A stretch of DNA of 64,000 nucleotides, from positions 67,664,056 to 67,728,055 of the forward strand of contig NC_068984.1 in assembly GCF_001194135.2 (NCBI RefSeq), given 5' to 3'. The stretch is from Octopus bimaculoides (Eukaryota). The notes below the pieces were generated by a model. The model had not been told where the DNA came from. It ran no database searches and was given only the letters and a program-made list of their open reading frames with translations. Shown here piece after piece: positions 51,631 to 63,398 of the stretch. The position numbers and the translations under genes were made by a program. Numbering within the stretch: position 1 is the stretch's first letter; each line of letters starts with the position of its first letter.

Positions 51631-52521
51631 CAGGGTGCAATGGGTAAATTATCATGAAGTTATATTTTTAATTTCGTGCAGGCACATTGTTTTTTATTTT
51701 GTCGGCTACACAGTATCATAGGGCAGTGTCTGTAAAAAAAAATAGCACCATGACGCAATTCCCATTGTCAGAAATTTGGAAACGATATACTGTACTGCTT
51801 GGCATTCGCACCGAAAGCTCCAGTATTAACATTTCAAAGTGGTTGGGTGTCAATGTGAGGACAGTGCAATCTGAGAACATGTATCGAGACTGAAAAATAT
51901 TAAACATCCAGTCAACATCATGGTGTTGGAGATGATCACTAGAGACGGTGACTTTATGCTTCCATTCATTTCCCCACACAGACTCAGGCTTAACACGGAG
52001 GCAAGTATCAATTGCCTGGAGGAGGTAGTACTGCTCTGGATCAAGAAAGTGACTGCTGGAAGATCCTGTGTCTGGCAACTGGATTCTGCACCATGCCACA
52101 CAAGCAGGAGAACCGAGCCATGGATGTCAGACAATTTCTGCGACCACATCTCTCCAGCTAATTCCCCAAAGTCTGACCAGCTAACTCCCCAGACTGCAAC
52201 ACCCTTGATTATTATGTGTGGGGCGCAGTTGAACGAGAGACCAAGAAAACTTCTTGCAACATCAAAGATGAACTGAAACCAAGAATTATGACAGCGTTCA
52301 CCAACTTAAACACAGAGACCGTCTCGATGAGTTGCAGGAGATTCCGAAGTCGTCTGGAGGCTATGGTTGAAGCCAATGGCGATTTTATTGAATAAATTTA
52401 CTCTTTAGTATTTCAAGATATGTTTATGTAATTTTGGTAAAATATATCTGTTAAAATGAGATGTCATTCTTATTTCCATGTTTGCACAATTTAGAGAACA
52501 GTATTTTTTTCGTACTCTCTA
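51631..52521 (+). mobile_element. DD37D (maT-type) non-autonomous deletion derivative
   Basis: TA|CAGGGTGCAATGGGTAAATT start; MTQFPLSEIWKRYTVLLGIR N-terminus; ITRDGDFMLPFI, WQLDSAPCH, NSPDCNTLDYYVWGAVE, FRSRLEAMVEANGDFIE*; colinear with 7001-7790. Confidence 0.9.
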
Positions 52522-52615
52522 GTTCATCCTGTTGCAAATCTAAAAATTCAATAACATATAGAAGGGTGATGGAGATTAAAAGTGGAAGAATAGCGGTTAA
52601 ACTGCTGCCTATTAT

Positions 52616-52699
52616 TTCTTCTTCTTCTTCTTCTTCTTCTTCTTCTTCTTCTTCTTCTTCTTCTTCTTCTTCTTCTTCTTCTTCTTCTTCTTCTTCTTC
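52616..52699 (+). repeat. (TTC)n trinucleotide microsatellite
   Basis: Pure run of about 28 units. Confidence 0.97.
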
Positions 52700-53079
52700 A
52701 CGTGGCCGTAGTTGAGTTACATTTTACTACGCCGAACCTTGCATGTCTGTCTTCCATTAGCCTTAGTGGATACTAAATTTTGAGATGCGTGTCTCTGGTA
52801 TTTAGGCACGGCCGTTTACTTCCTATATTCGAATCTTAAACTGAAAGTCAGTTGTGTTATTCACCCTTCAATGGTCGATAAAATGAAGAACCGAACAACG
52901 TACTTTGCGGTTTCAAGTTACGTCCCTTTAATTTTTTCTTCTCTTCAAATCCCTTCAGAATCAATGTTGCTGTTCGTTCTTGTGGGATCAATAAAATAAA
53001 TAATTGAGTTGATTCAATCGACTACAACTCTCCATGTGTGTGTTTTTTTTACCTTTGAAATAAATCGATATTATATTAT

Positions 53080-53290
53080 GGCGAAAGGAGGAAGGCTGGC
53101 ACAATCGTTAGAGCTAGGGAAAATTCATTGCAGTATTTTAATTATGACTGCTTAACACTCACTTCAAATCCCACCGTAGTCAACTTTGCATTTTAACGTT
53201 CCAAGGGTTATCAAATAGTCAAGTCTTGAGATCGATTTAATTAACAGCCCCCGTGCCGCAAAACTGGTGACCAGTTGTTCTTTTAGAAAA
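53080..53290 (+). mobile_element. SINE family B, highly degenerate
   Basis: GGCTGGCACAATCGTTAGAGC...TTCAAATCCCACCGTAGTCAACTTTGCATTT. Confidence 0.6.
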
Positions 53291-54829
53291 GAGCTTTACG
53301 AAAATATGGATGATCTACAACGTCATATTTGTCACTAAAATATCATATCTTTTCTCCTAGTCAAAATGCAGCTAGTACTGTATGCATAACGCATTCAACA
53401 CACAGACATACACACGCACGCACACACAGACACACACATATACACACACACGCACACACGAACACACAAATATATACAGAAATATTATAAGCATTTGTTT
53501 TTAAAATTACTAAAAATTTTAAACTTATTAATAACGACAAAGGAAATTTGAATTATAAAACACTGAAAACATTATTTCGCAATAAAATGACTCGCCGTTT
53601 CTTTATTTTTAGAAAGAAGTCGAGATGTTGTAAATCTGTTTTATGCACTGATTACCCACTAAGCTCTGGATAAATTTAGTAATTGTGATACACACTAAAA
53701 TACAGTAATTGTGTATGTTTCTATGTGATATAATTACGAAAGAAACAAACGGTCGAATGGAAATTCAAGAGTAACTCAACAGAACAATATCATTCAGTCG
53801 ATAATTACGCAGCTATTAAGATACATCTAAGAAACATTAATAACATTGTGAAACAGAATATATAATTTAGTGCGAAACATACAATTTTACATTTTAAACG
53901 AAATATCTGTTGTACATATATTGAGACATGTCACTGGTCCAGCCAATTTGTATAAAATTACAACTGTCTAAACTTTACTAATTGGATTCGCAGTTTCGTA
54001 GTTTAGACGCTGTGAACCTATTATCACTAGTCCAACAATAGACTCTTAGTATTATTGTCGTTCTTTACTGCCACTAAATAAACACAGTAATCATTACATA
54101 GATAAGAACAAAAATATAGAAGCTAATGTTAAATGTGATATATCATTGTGGTTCTGTTCCCCGCACCATTATTTTGTTAAACGTATGAAATAAGCTAATA
54201 ACGCAAAGATGTTCTATGTAATTCATAACTTGTTATTCTTATATCATAAGAACTGTTATCAGCTAATTTTGAAATGTAACTATACGAAACTAACAGCAGA
54301 TTTTGTTAAAAAATAAACACTATTTCCATTTGGAAAACGATGATTGTGTTCATTGATATAATCGTTGGAGATCTAAGTGAGAAATTCCAAGGCTTTTCTC
54401 CGCGCGAGTAATTAAATAATCTATAATATGTTAAATGATTAAAGAAATATTTTATTTATTAATATAATTAATATAATTAATTAATATAAAATGATTAAGG
54501 AAATTATCTGTTTATTAATATCTGCCGGAAAGTTGGTAGAGTTCACATAATCAATAATGTTTCTTTTCATAATGTAATAATTAAAAGTCCATGTATATGT
54601 ACTGAAGACACAGTCGATTACATCTCCTTGTTCATATTTTATCGACCTCCGGAGTGTGGAGGGCTAACTCGAATCCGATGATGTAGGGAGTAACTTAATG
54701 CGTCACTCCACTGCGTTGTTTATTGGCAATCTTTGTAGTATAGTAACTTTGTTTTCAGCTAAAGAGTGAGCTTTTACACGGTCAGTCGAAATGTAAGATA
54801 TCGTAGCCAAACCTCTATCTTCGGTTATA

Positions 54830-54880
54830 TCTCACCTGCTAAAGAATGTAGAAATTCGTTGTATAAAGTTAGAGTAAAAA
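54830..54880 (-). other. Candidate recursive splice site; junction 54836/54835
   Basis: Minus strand TTACTCTAACTTTATACAACGAATTTCTACATTCTTTAGCAG|GTGAGA, with a CTAAC branch motif and a tandem TAG/CAG acceptor. Confidence 0.4.
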
Positions 54881-56106
54881 TGCAATGCAATGGAAGACGT
54901 TTTTTGTGGCAGGCCTATTGAGTCAGATCTGACAAGAGGCTAACGAGCAACATCATAATAAAGATCTATGACATACAGAGAAGCTCATATACTCGTAAAT
55001 GATTCACTTGTGTGTTGATATATAACTGGTTCTTTATCAACTGTAGAACTATAAGACTCATAGCCGACTCCCAGTGGAATTTGAATTCAGACCGTAAAGA
55101 AATGGAACTAAATGATGATATTGTAATTCACCACCTTTCTAAAGTCTGTGGTAATTTTATTCGCTGTGAAAATATAAAAATCTATACATAAACTAAGTGT
55201 TAGGGAATCTTATAGCAAAAGATACGGATGAGAGGCAATCTTAATCTTTATGTCTGAATGCAAATATAATTCGGAAGGGGATATCTAAAGAAGAGATGTA
55301 AACCACACTTAAAAAGTGTTAGGTACAACTCTCCAACATTGTCCTGATCTCAAACGCAGTTACCTGTACTCGCAGTTGTTTATGGTAACGTTTTTGTCTC
55401 ATTGGAAGTGTTTACAAGGAAAATAATTTTTTATGAAATATGAACAGTAAAAATTGGATCTGTCATTATTATACTGTTGTCAATTTCAAATCAAATCTGA
55501 ATATGAGAACGCGTATTAAGTCCGTAGAATGTATATGTGTGATTCAAAGAGCCATCATGCCAAATATGCTAACCTCTATGTTAGGCAAAGTACAATAATG
55601 ATAAGTGCTCAGGTATTTAATATGGAGTGCTAGGTAGCTACATGGCTGTACAGCAACTCATCTCAGATCAATCAGTCTTTGTTTTTTCATATGTGCTTGT
55701 GGTCATTACACCTGAGAAAAATGTGGGATGTGTGTCGATTGCCGTGCGATTGCTGCTGTTCCTGAATTCTGTTTTTTATTTCATTACAAATTTTGTGACA
55801 GCGCATTTGGTTAGGTTGATAATTAATATCATTAATTGACAGATCTGTGATGCGATTTAATCAGATTCATAATTTCAAAAGTACAATATCCTCGGATTTA
55901 AATCCTGAATCCTGTAAATGAGTTAGTCGATGAAATCTTGGTAAATACCCAGATTTCTCAAAACATTGAAAACATAACGAAACATTTATTATTATAAAGC
56001 TTTTCTATTCAACAAAATGTCTCATATAACATTTCCTGGTAATAATTTTCTCTTCGGTTACTAAATTTCAGTTTTGGTTTTGTATTTGTAGAAGATCAGC
56101 AATATA

Positions 56107-56323
56107 CGAGGTGGTGCTGAAAAGGTCCTGGCGTTGAGAGTATTGCGAAAGACCTGGTTTGAGGTCCAACCTTCCGAGTTATTTTACAACGCTTAGAAAA
56201 ACTAAAGGACCGCTGTAATAAGTGTATGAATCTGAGACGGGAATACATTGAATGAAATCATAATTAACTGACACTCCTGTATTTTCTCCTATCCAAAGCC
56301 AGAAACTCTTCAGAACACCTTCG
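56107..56323 (+). mobile_element. mariner-derived MITE (217 bp)
   Basis: TA-flanked imperfect TIRs CGAGGTGGTGCTGAAAAGGTCCTGGC / GCCAGAAACTCTTCAGAACACCTTCG. The interior reads LEKLKDRCNKCMNLRREYIE*, like a mariner C-terminus. Confidence 0.8.
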
Positions 56324-57377
56324 TAAATACGGTTACTAAACCATATTTCTGATACGTTTTAATTAACTCTGGAGGAGTGAAACTCAACGTCGAACATGAA
56401 TGGAATTGAACTTAAAACGTAAAAATAGGTTGTTCGCAAAACCAGATATTTTAACTTCGCTATTTATTTAACCAGTCTACGTAAATTTAAACGACAAAGA
56501 TGACTTTTCTACTTCCGAAATCAGAAAGTAAAGAGCTGTATCAAGATTCTATTAGACATTTATTCACTGTTCCACAAATTCAACAATCCAGTAATTTCCT
56601 TAGTTGTCATACTGAACGTAATTTGTCCTTCACGTATACGATATTCTTTCTAGGAACATAAATTTTAGGACATATTTCTATTATTATACGTTTACACTAA
56701 CAAACAAATATATTAACACGTCCCAAATACGTGATGGATTTATTGTGTCTGCTAAATTATTTCATATAGAATTACTTTGATAATGATTATCTGTAAACAA
56801 TTTCTAAAAGATTCCACGCGAGTTTCTCTTATACAATCGTCTTCCCAAGGCTCCAGTCTAAATTCTTTGTCTACATCGTTAATATTGTTTTGTTAGCACT
56901 TTAGCAGAAAAACGAAATAGTCAATATTTTAGTGTTATTAGATCGCGTCTGCACCCAAAAATTTATCAGCTCACCTTTTTACCGTCTCATATGTAAAGCG
57001 ATTCATTAAAAACCATATGCAGTTTATCTGCCAGCATTTCATGACCTCCGATGTATGTTCTAATATATACAACTGGATTTGAAAGAAATATTTGAATGAA
57101 CTCCATCTTCGCGCATCAACAAACGTAGCTATATTTTATACGAAACAAAATAGATCTACTTTTGAAAAAATCATTGTTTTCTTTAAGACTTGACGGATTA
57201 ATATTATATACAGAGAGAATACTGAAAGGAGAAACAGCTTCATCTACTTTTTCTTCCATTTTTTTTCTATTATATTTATTGAAGCAACAGCTCACCACCG
57301 TAATATACAGTAGCCGCGCGGGCACTGCATTATATATACATACATACATACATACATACATACATGTATACATGTAT

Positions 57378-57409
<32 letters not shown>

Positions 57410-57412
<3 letters not shown>

Positions 57413-57600
57413 GTCAATTCAAATATACAATCAATTCAAATAAACGAATAATATAATTAACAATAAGAGACAAAAAGACGACGTGCACAAGGAATGTATT
57501 AGTTTGGCCCTCAGTAAAAGGAGAGAGTTCGAACATAGCTCTTCGTCGGAAAGAAGAAATGGAAAAGTTCAAAGAAGGAAAACAAAATCGCCAACAACTC
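57410..57600 (-). mobile_element. Penelope-like terminal-repeat remnant with decayed hammerhead-like motif at 57527-57549
   Basis: Minus strand CCGACGA A GAGC TAT GTTC GAAC, compared with the CTGACGAAGAGC...GCTCGAAAC pattern; flanked by microsatellites. Confidence 0.4.
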
Positions 57601-57625
57601 GTGTGTAGTTACGTTGCTGTATCTA

Positions 57626-57669
<44 letters not shown>

Positions 57670-57679
57670 NNNNNNNNNN

Positions 57680-57716
<37 letters not shown>

Positions 57717-57727
57717 GTATATATATG

Positions 57728-57960
57728 TAGGTGCAGACGTAGCAGTGTGGTAGGAAGGTTGCTTTCCAAACACATAGTTCCTGATTCAGTCCCACTGCGT
57801 TGAACCTTGGGTAAGTGTCTTCCACTATATCCTCAGGGGGAACAAATCCTTGTGAGTGGATTTGGGAGACGAAAACTCAAAGAAGTCCGTCGTATATATG
57901 TAGATATGTGTGTATGTGTGTGTGTGTGTGTATGTGTGTGTGTGTGTGTATGTGTGTGTG
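57728..57960 (+). mobile_element. SINE family A 5' half
   Basis: TAGGTGCAGACGTAGCAGTGTGGTAGG...TTCAGTCCCACTGCG...CCTTGTGAGTGGATTTGG...CGTCGTATATATG(TG)n. Confidence 0.88.
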
Positions 57961-58496
57961 TTAAGATGTATATAACTATACAACTACTGCAATACGTATT
58001 GATGCGTATGTATTTGTAACATTTGATAAATTAAACATCATTATCACGAAGTGCAGTTGGACATAGAAATATAACTCTTAAGTTCCCTTTGTTCATGTTT
58101 GCATACGATTTTAAATATTCGAATTTCTGCTAATGACAAAATGTGGTAATGAATTAACTTTCTGCGATTAATATTTGAAAAGCAGAAAAAAATTATCGAT
58201 ATGCATGCAGAATATGAGAGCAAATTTAAGTTAGTAAGAAATTTTATTTCAAACATTTATTTTCCTGCCAGACCATTCCCTAGCACCTCGACCAGTTAGC
58301 GATATCAGCCAAATCTTTGTCAGACCACAGCCGAAACTCTATTTTTGTTTTTTCTTTTCTTTTTTTTTAAGACATACTGAATAAATATCCTAAGATACAC
58401 TGTGCGGATGAAAAATGAGATGGTTATAAATTAAACCCATTTGAGTTATAAATCTGCTTAAACCACAATTGTTTAAGCAACAACACTAGCGGTAGT

Positions 58497-58699
58497 ATCC
58501 TTTCCAAGGGAGGCCAAGGCCTGATATTTTGGAGGTGGGGTTAGTTGTTCACATCGAATCTAGAGCGTGATAGGTTCTTTTTTCATCGACACAATAAGGC
58601 AGATCTCACTTTGGCGAATCCAAACTTATAATGTAAAGAGGCGAAATACGGCTAAGCATTTTGTCCAGCGTGCAAACGATTCATCCATCTTGCCATCTT
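58497..58699 (-). mobile_element. SINE family B, diverged
   Basis: GAAATACGGCTAAGCATTTTGTCCAGCGTGCAAACGATTC matches the reverse complement of the family B head. Confidence 0.75.
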
Positions 58700-61429
58700 G
58701 TTAATGAATATAATACCATTGTATTATATTGTCAAAAGATTGTGGTTTGCAGTCAATAGAATAAATGTATTATACTGTATAAATACTAACCTCACAAAGA
58801 TATAATGTAAAGCTATCCCCAATGAGATTTGAATGAAGAACCTAAAGTAGCATGACTAAATACTGTTAAACATTTACTGTACGCCACTACCCTGAAATAT
58901 AATATCGATTTCTAACACGGGCGCAAAATTTCTTATTTAGGGTGTGAGGGAGTTGGGTATATGTGATTACAATTGACTCTAGCTCTTTGCTATTGCTTTA
59001 TTTTATCGATCCCTGAGAGTGAATGAATGCCGCAAACTATTTTTGATCGACTACCATTTTTTCATTAAATTCTCTCAGATATTACGATATTGACGTTAAA
59101 TCTTACTACATTGTTCGAAGCACAACAAGATTTTTTTTTTTGAACGAAAATGTTTAATAAATTTTAGAGAAAAAAGAGAAATATAATTTTGAAATTTAAA
59201 TATATTTTTCAGGATAGTTTTCTTAAAAAGCTTATTTAAAGATTACTACCATAAACTTGAAATTAGGATAAATGTATTGATCTACGAAGTGAGACACATA
59301 CGAAAATATCTACGTCAGATAATAATCTGTTTCTGTTATGTAATAACATCAATACATAGGTTATGATTGTTAACGGATTTTGTTCTATGTTTTGCTATCC
59401 ATTCTCCGAAAGATTAAGGTAAATTGACAAAACATTTAATTGATAGAAAACAGAGTAATGAAACAGGTATTTTATAGCATATCTTGTTGCAGAATATGTT
59501 TCTTAACTTACATGTTTATCACGAATGTATAACTAATGTTTTGTCACTAATTCGGGGATTTCAAGAAAATTGGTGTTTTTATTTTTATAAAAATATATCA
59601 ATTTCCATTGTATGATAAATTTAAATGACTGACTAATACCAAAGAGACATAAACTTTTTAAAAAATCACACAAGAAAAATATTTAATTTTAACAGCTATT
59701 GTATATAGTATGAAAAAAAAACTTGATATTCTCCATATTTCAGGATTTACAAAAGCAAATAATACTGGCATAGATATAACATTTCAGCGGATATCCATTT
59801 TTTCCTCTATATCAACGCTCCAGCATTCTAAGATAGAAAAGTGCTATTTTCTTTTCTCCTTTCTTCACCTCTCCTCACTTAATGTATTTTATGATACCAT
59901 TAAAAGAACTCTCGGCCGTTGTATTTGGCAGTCAGCAATAAAATTAATCGATATTCTGTCGGGAAACCGGAATTAACGTGAGAAGTTCAATATCCGATTC
60001 CATTTGTAAACCAATTCACAGAAACATGGACTACTAGCATTACACCACTGGAGTCTGCATGAAAATAAAATTATCGGATATTATTTCCTTATTGAAATAA
60101 TCTTCTCCTAATTACAAGTGCTTTTCCATTATTCTATCTATCATTTCGCTTATGTCCTAGAACATTTATGCTAGTGATAAGCGTTAAATTTCGAAACTAA
60201 ATGGAATTTTAAAGTTCTATTTCCCACTTACTTGAAAGTCAAGCGCTTTCTGATCAGCTTCAATGATAAAGCAGCATGAACTACAGTGAATCTTTGAAGA
60301 TAACAAAAGAGTTAAACCAATGAGTGAATAGGAAGCAGAGATAATCGAAAACGTCGATTGTACGTTATTCATTCAAAGATAAAAGTATTACGCGTTATGC
60401 AGTTATGTCAAGAATTTCTGTAGCATGGGCTGCTATGTGTAACGACATCTTTATATTGTTTGCTTAAAGACATGATTGAAGGTAATCAATTTAGCCTTGC
60501 TTAAAAGTATAATCTTACATAAATAAAATGATTTCTATTGACTAAACAGAAATGCCAAATAAATTGAATAATGATATTCTGACTCAATATGTGCACGCAC
60601 TTCAAGTATAGCATACAGGAGCATAACATATCAGGTAGATTGCTTATTATATGTTTTAATAACTGTATGAAAACGAGATTATAAATTAAGCTATCTATTT
60701 TGTCGAAATAGAATCAAAGTCACGTCACAAACATTCTGTTATGCCAGAACTAACAATAATCCATACAAATTTAATTATTCAAACATGTGAAAAGTTTCTA
60801 ATCAGTGAAATCAATTGAGGAGAAAATGTTAAAATCAACTTCTTTCGGAGCAACTGCAGCTAGTGTATTTGTAAATGTTTTTGAAGGCAACAGTAATAAC
60901 ATTGGTATATAGGAGCCTGTACTCCTATTTAAAATGTCGTAGTTCAATCAGCCCAAACCAGTTACAACTCTGATTAAGATATTCATACAATGAACATATG
61001 ATTTTTATTCAAGTGAGTGTAATCCAGAATGAATTATACAATATCGAATTTTACTTAAAATAGTGCAATGGTGAAGATGTGACTGCTGTTTCTATCAGAT
61101 CGAATGGTCAACTAGAGGCTTCCGCCTTCATTATTTCACTTAAACGCTAGAATTCCGATCTCGCAACAAATTCTGCTCACAACGTAAGAATCTACCCCCA
61201 CTAGGCTAGAATATACGTATGGACGTCAGATTAATCCATTTCTACTTCGATAAAATATAAGACTTTGTGGCCAGTAGAAATAAATCAGTATTCCTGTATG
61301 CAGCTTCCTAGTTGTGTCTCCACTAAAGAAACGATTTGAAACATTTTAGCCATTTATTAATTATAGTTATTTGTAATATTGACTTTATAATACTGAACAA
61401 CTGTTAAATATTTCTGTACGGGTCTGACA

Positions 61430-63398
61430 CTGATCAATTTGGATCAACCAAAATCGTTCGATAGTTGTACACCATCACTACTTGGAGGCTGTCCTTAAAG
61501 CGGCTCGTTTCGGTCCCATCTTTCGCGCTTGGATCGCTGCCTTATACAGCAGCATCCGCTCGGTAGTTAGCGGAAATGGTCATCTGTCCAGACCATTTAA
61601 CATCATGCATTCGGTTCGTCAAGGAAGCCCTCTCTCGTCGCTTCTGTTTGTATTGACTCTTGAGCCACTACTGCGGAAGCTGGCGACGCTGAGAGGCATC
61701 CCACGAGAGCTGGGATGCGGGAGGAGCGTATCTGCATATGCAGACGACGTCACAGTCATAGTGTCGAGCCACAAGCACATCGACCTGGTCGGCGAGACAC
61801 TAAAAGAATACGAAGCGATGACGGGAGCAAAAATTAACCGGGAAAAGTCAGTGAGCTTGCGGCTCGGCACCTGGAGAAGCAAGCCTATGCCGTCCAACAG
61901 CATCTCCATCGTTGGACGCTGGACCGACGGACCGGTAAAATTGCTCGGAGTCTCCTTCGGTCTGGACCTCCAAATGGAGAAGAACTGGGGCGAAATGATG
62001 ACTAGGATGACCACTCTCACCCAGCAATGGGCGAGAGGAAGCTATCCCTAAAAGGTCGGACGGAGGTGGTGAACGCGTACATCGCATCCGTCATCGATTA
62101 CAATCTGACCGTCGTGCCTTGTCCCGACCCTACCATCAGCAAACTAGAACGCATACTCTTCCGCTTCTTATAGAACGGAAGCGTTCCAATGGTTAGGCGA
62201 TCTATCTGCTGTCAACACCCGCTACATGGAGGGCTAGGCATGCCGTGGTTGATGATGCGCAGACGTGCGCTAAGACTGCAACATTTCCGGCGCTTCATAG
62301 ACGACAGTGAACAGTGTTATCGCCGTTTGTACGACGCGCTTTTCCGCAGCTCGTCTCCTTGTCCGAACTGCAGTCATGGATCAAACAGAGACCGAGGCTA
62401 GGCGAATGGCACCACCAGTGTCGCGTTGCTCTCAAGCAACTCTGCCGTACGGGACCAAAATTGAGCGACTTCATTACAACAAAGGCGTTCTATAGAGGAT
62501 TAGTGGAGGGGGGTGCGACGTCGTTCTTGGGCAGAATTTGGGCGTCGACGAGGAACACCTGACCCGCCTGTTCAGGACAAGTTTCGGGCCAGGACCTATA
62601 GACAATCACCAAAATTTCTTGGCTTGGCAGTGCTATCGAGAAGCATCACCCGTTCGGGATAAGCTCTACAGGCACGGTTCGAGACACACCAGACCGGCTT
62701 GCCCGATTAGCGATCAGAGCGACGAAACCGTTCTGCATGTACTCGTGCAGTGTCCAACCATTTCGGACCTGTGGGCTTATGCCGAACGGCTGCTGTCACG
62801 TGTGGGNNNNNNNNNNNNNNNNNNNNNNNNNNNNNNNNNNNNNNNNNNNNNNNNNNNNNNNNNNNNNNNNNNNNNNNNNNNNNNNNNNNNNNNNNNNNNN
62901 NNNNNNNNNNNNNNNNNNNNNNNNNNNNNNNNNNNNNNNNNNNNNNNNNNNNNNNNNNNNNNNNNNNNNNNNNNNNNNNNNNNNNNNNNNNNNNNNNNNN
63001 NNNNNNNNNNNNNNNNNNNNNNNNNTGAAGGTGAGATTGGAGAGGCAGGTTTTGTCTCGTGAAAGTTTCAAAAAAAGGTGGTGCTTGCGAGTGACGAAAC
63101 CACATTGAGCATGATCCTGTAAATCGAAAAAGGAGAGAGAGCACTTTGCTCTCATGTGTTTATTCCCTCCCTGCCTGAGGTTACCGTGGTCTTTTCCGTA
63201 GGCTTTTCTTTCCACGGATAAACCTAATCTTGCTTTTTACATCTTTAAAATTCTTCTGTGATATACGATTCCTTTTAATCGTCTTTTTTTTCCGCTCCCT
63301 TTTGTTCGAAATTTTACTTTTTTTTTCCATTTTCGAAAAGAAAAGCTGTACATTTGTATTTGTCCCCTCTGTTTTTAGCCCTGTATGGCCAATAAAGA
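61430..63398 (+). mobile_element. 5'-truncated L1/Tx1-clade LINE (RT and zinc-knuckle region), frameshifted and interrupted by a gap
   Basis: INLDQPKSFD, SVRQGSPLSSLLF, AYADDVTVIV, KINREKS, RKLSLKGRTEVVN, HPLHGGLGMP, C-P--DQSDETVLHVLVQC; GC-rich against the AT-rich host; AATAAA at 63391. Confidence 0.9.

Noticed and set aside
59-58019. Many ORFs with VCVC, HTHT, YIYI, SLSL, ERER or poly-S runs
   Set aside because: They are translations of (TG)n, (CA)n, (TA)n, (GA)n and (TTC)n microsatellites, not proteins.
597-58699. tRNA-like A/B boxes in SINE heads as tRNA genes
   Set aside because: No complete cloverleaf; they continue into SINE bodies and are multi-copy.
8017-63215. Long ORFs made mostly of X
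   Set aside because: Artefacts of N-gaps lacking stop codons; only the Penelope-like (19295-19572) and LINE parts have real coding signal.
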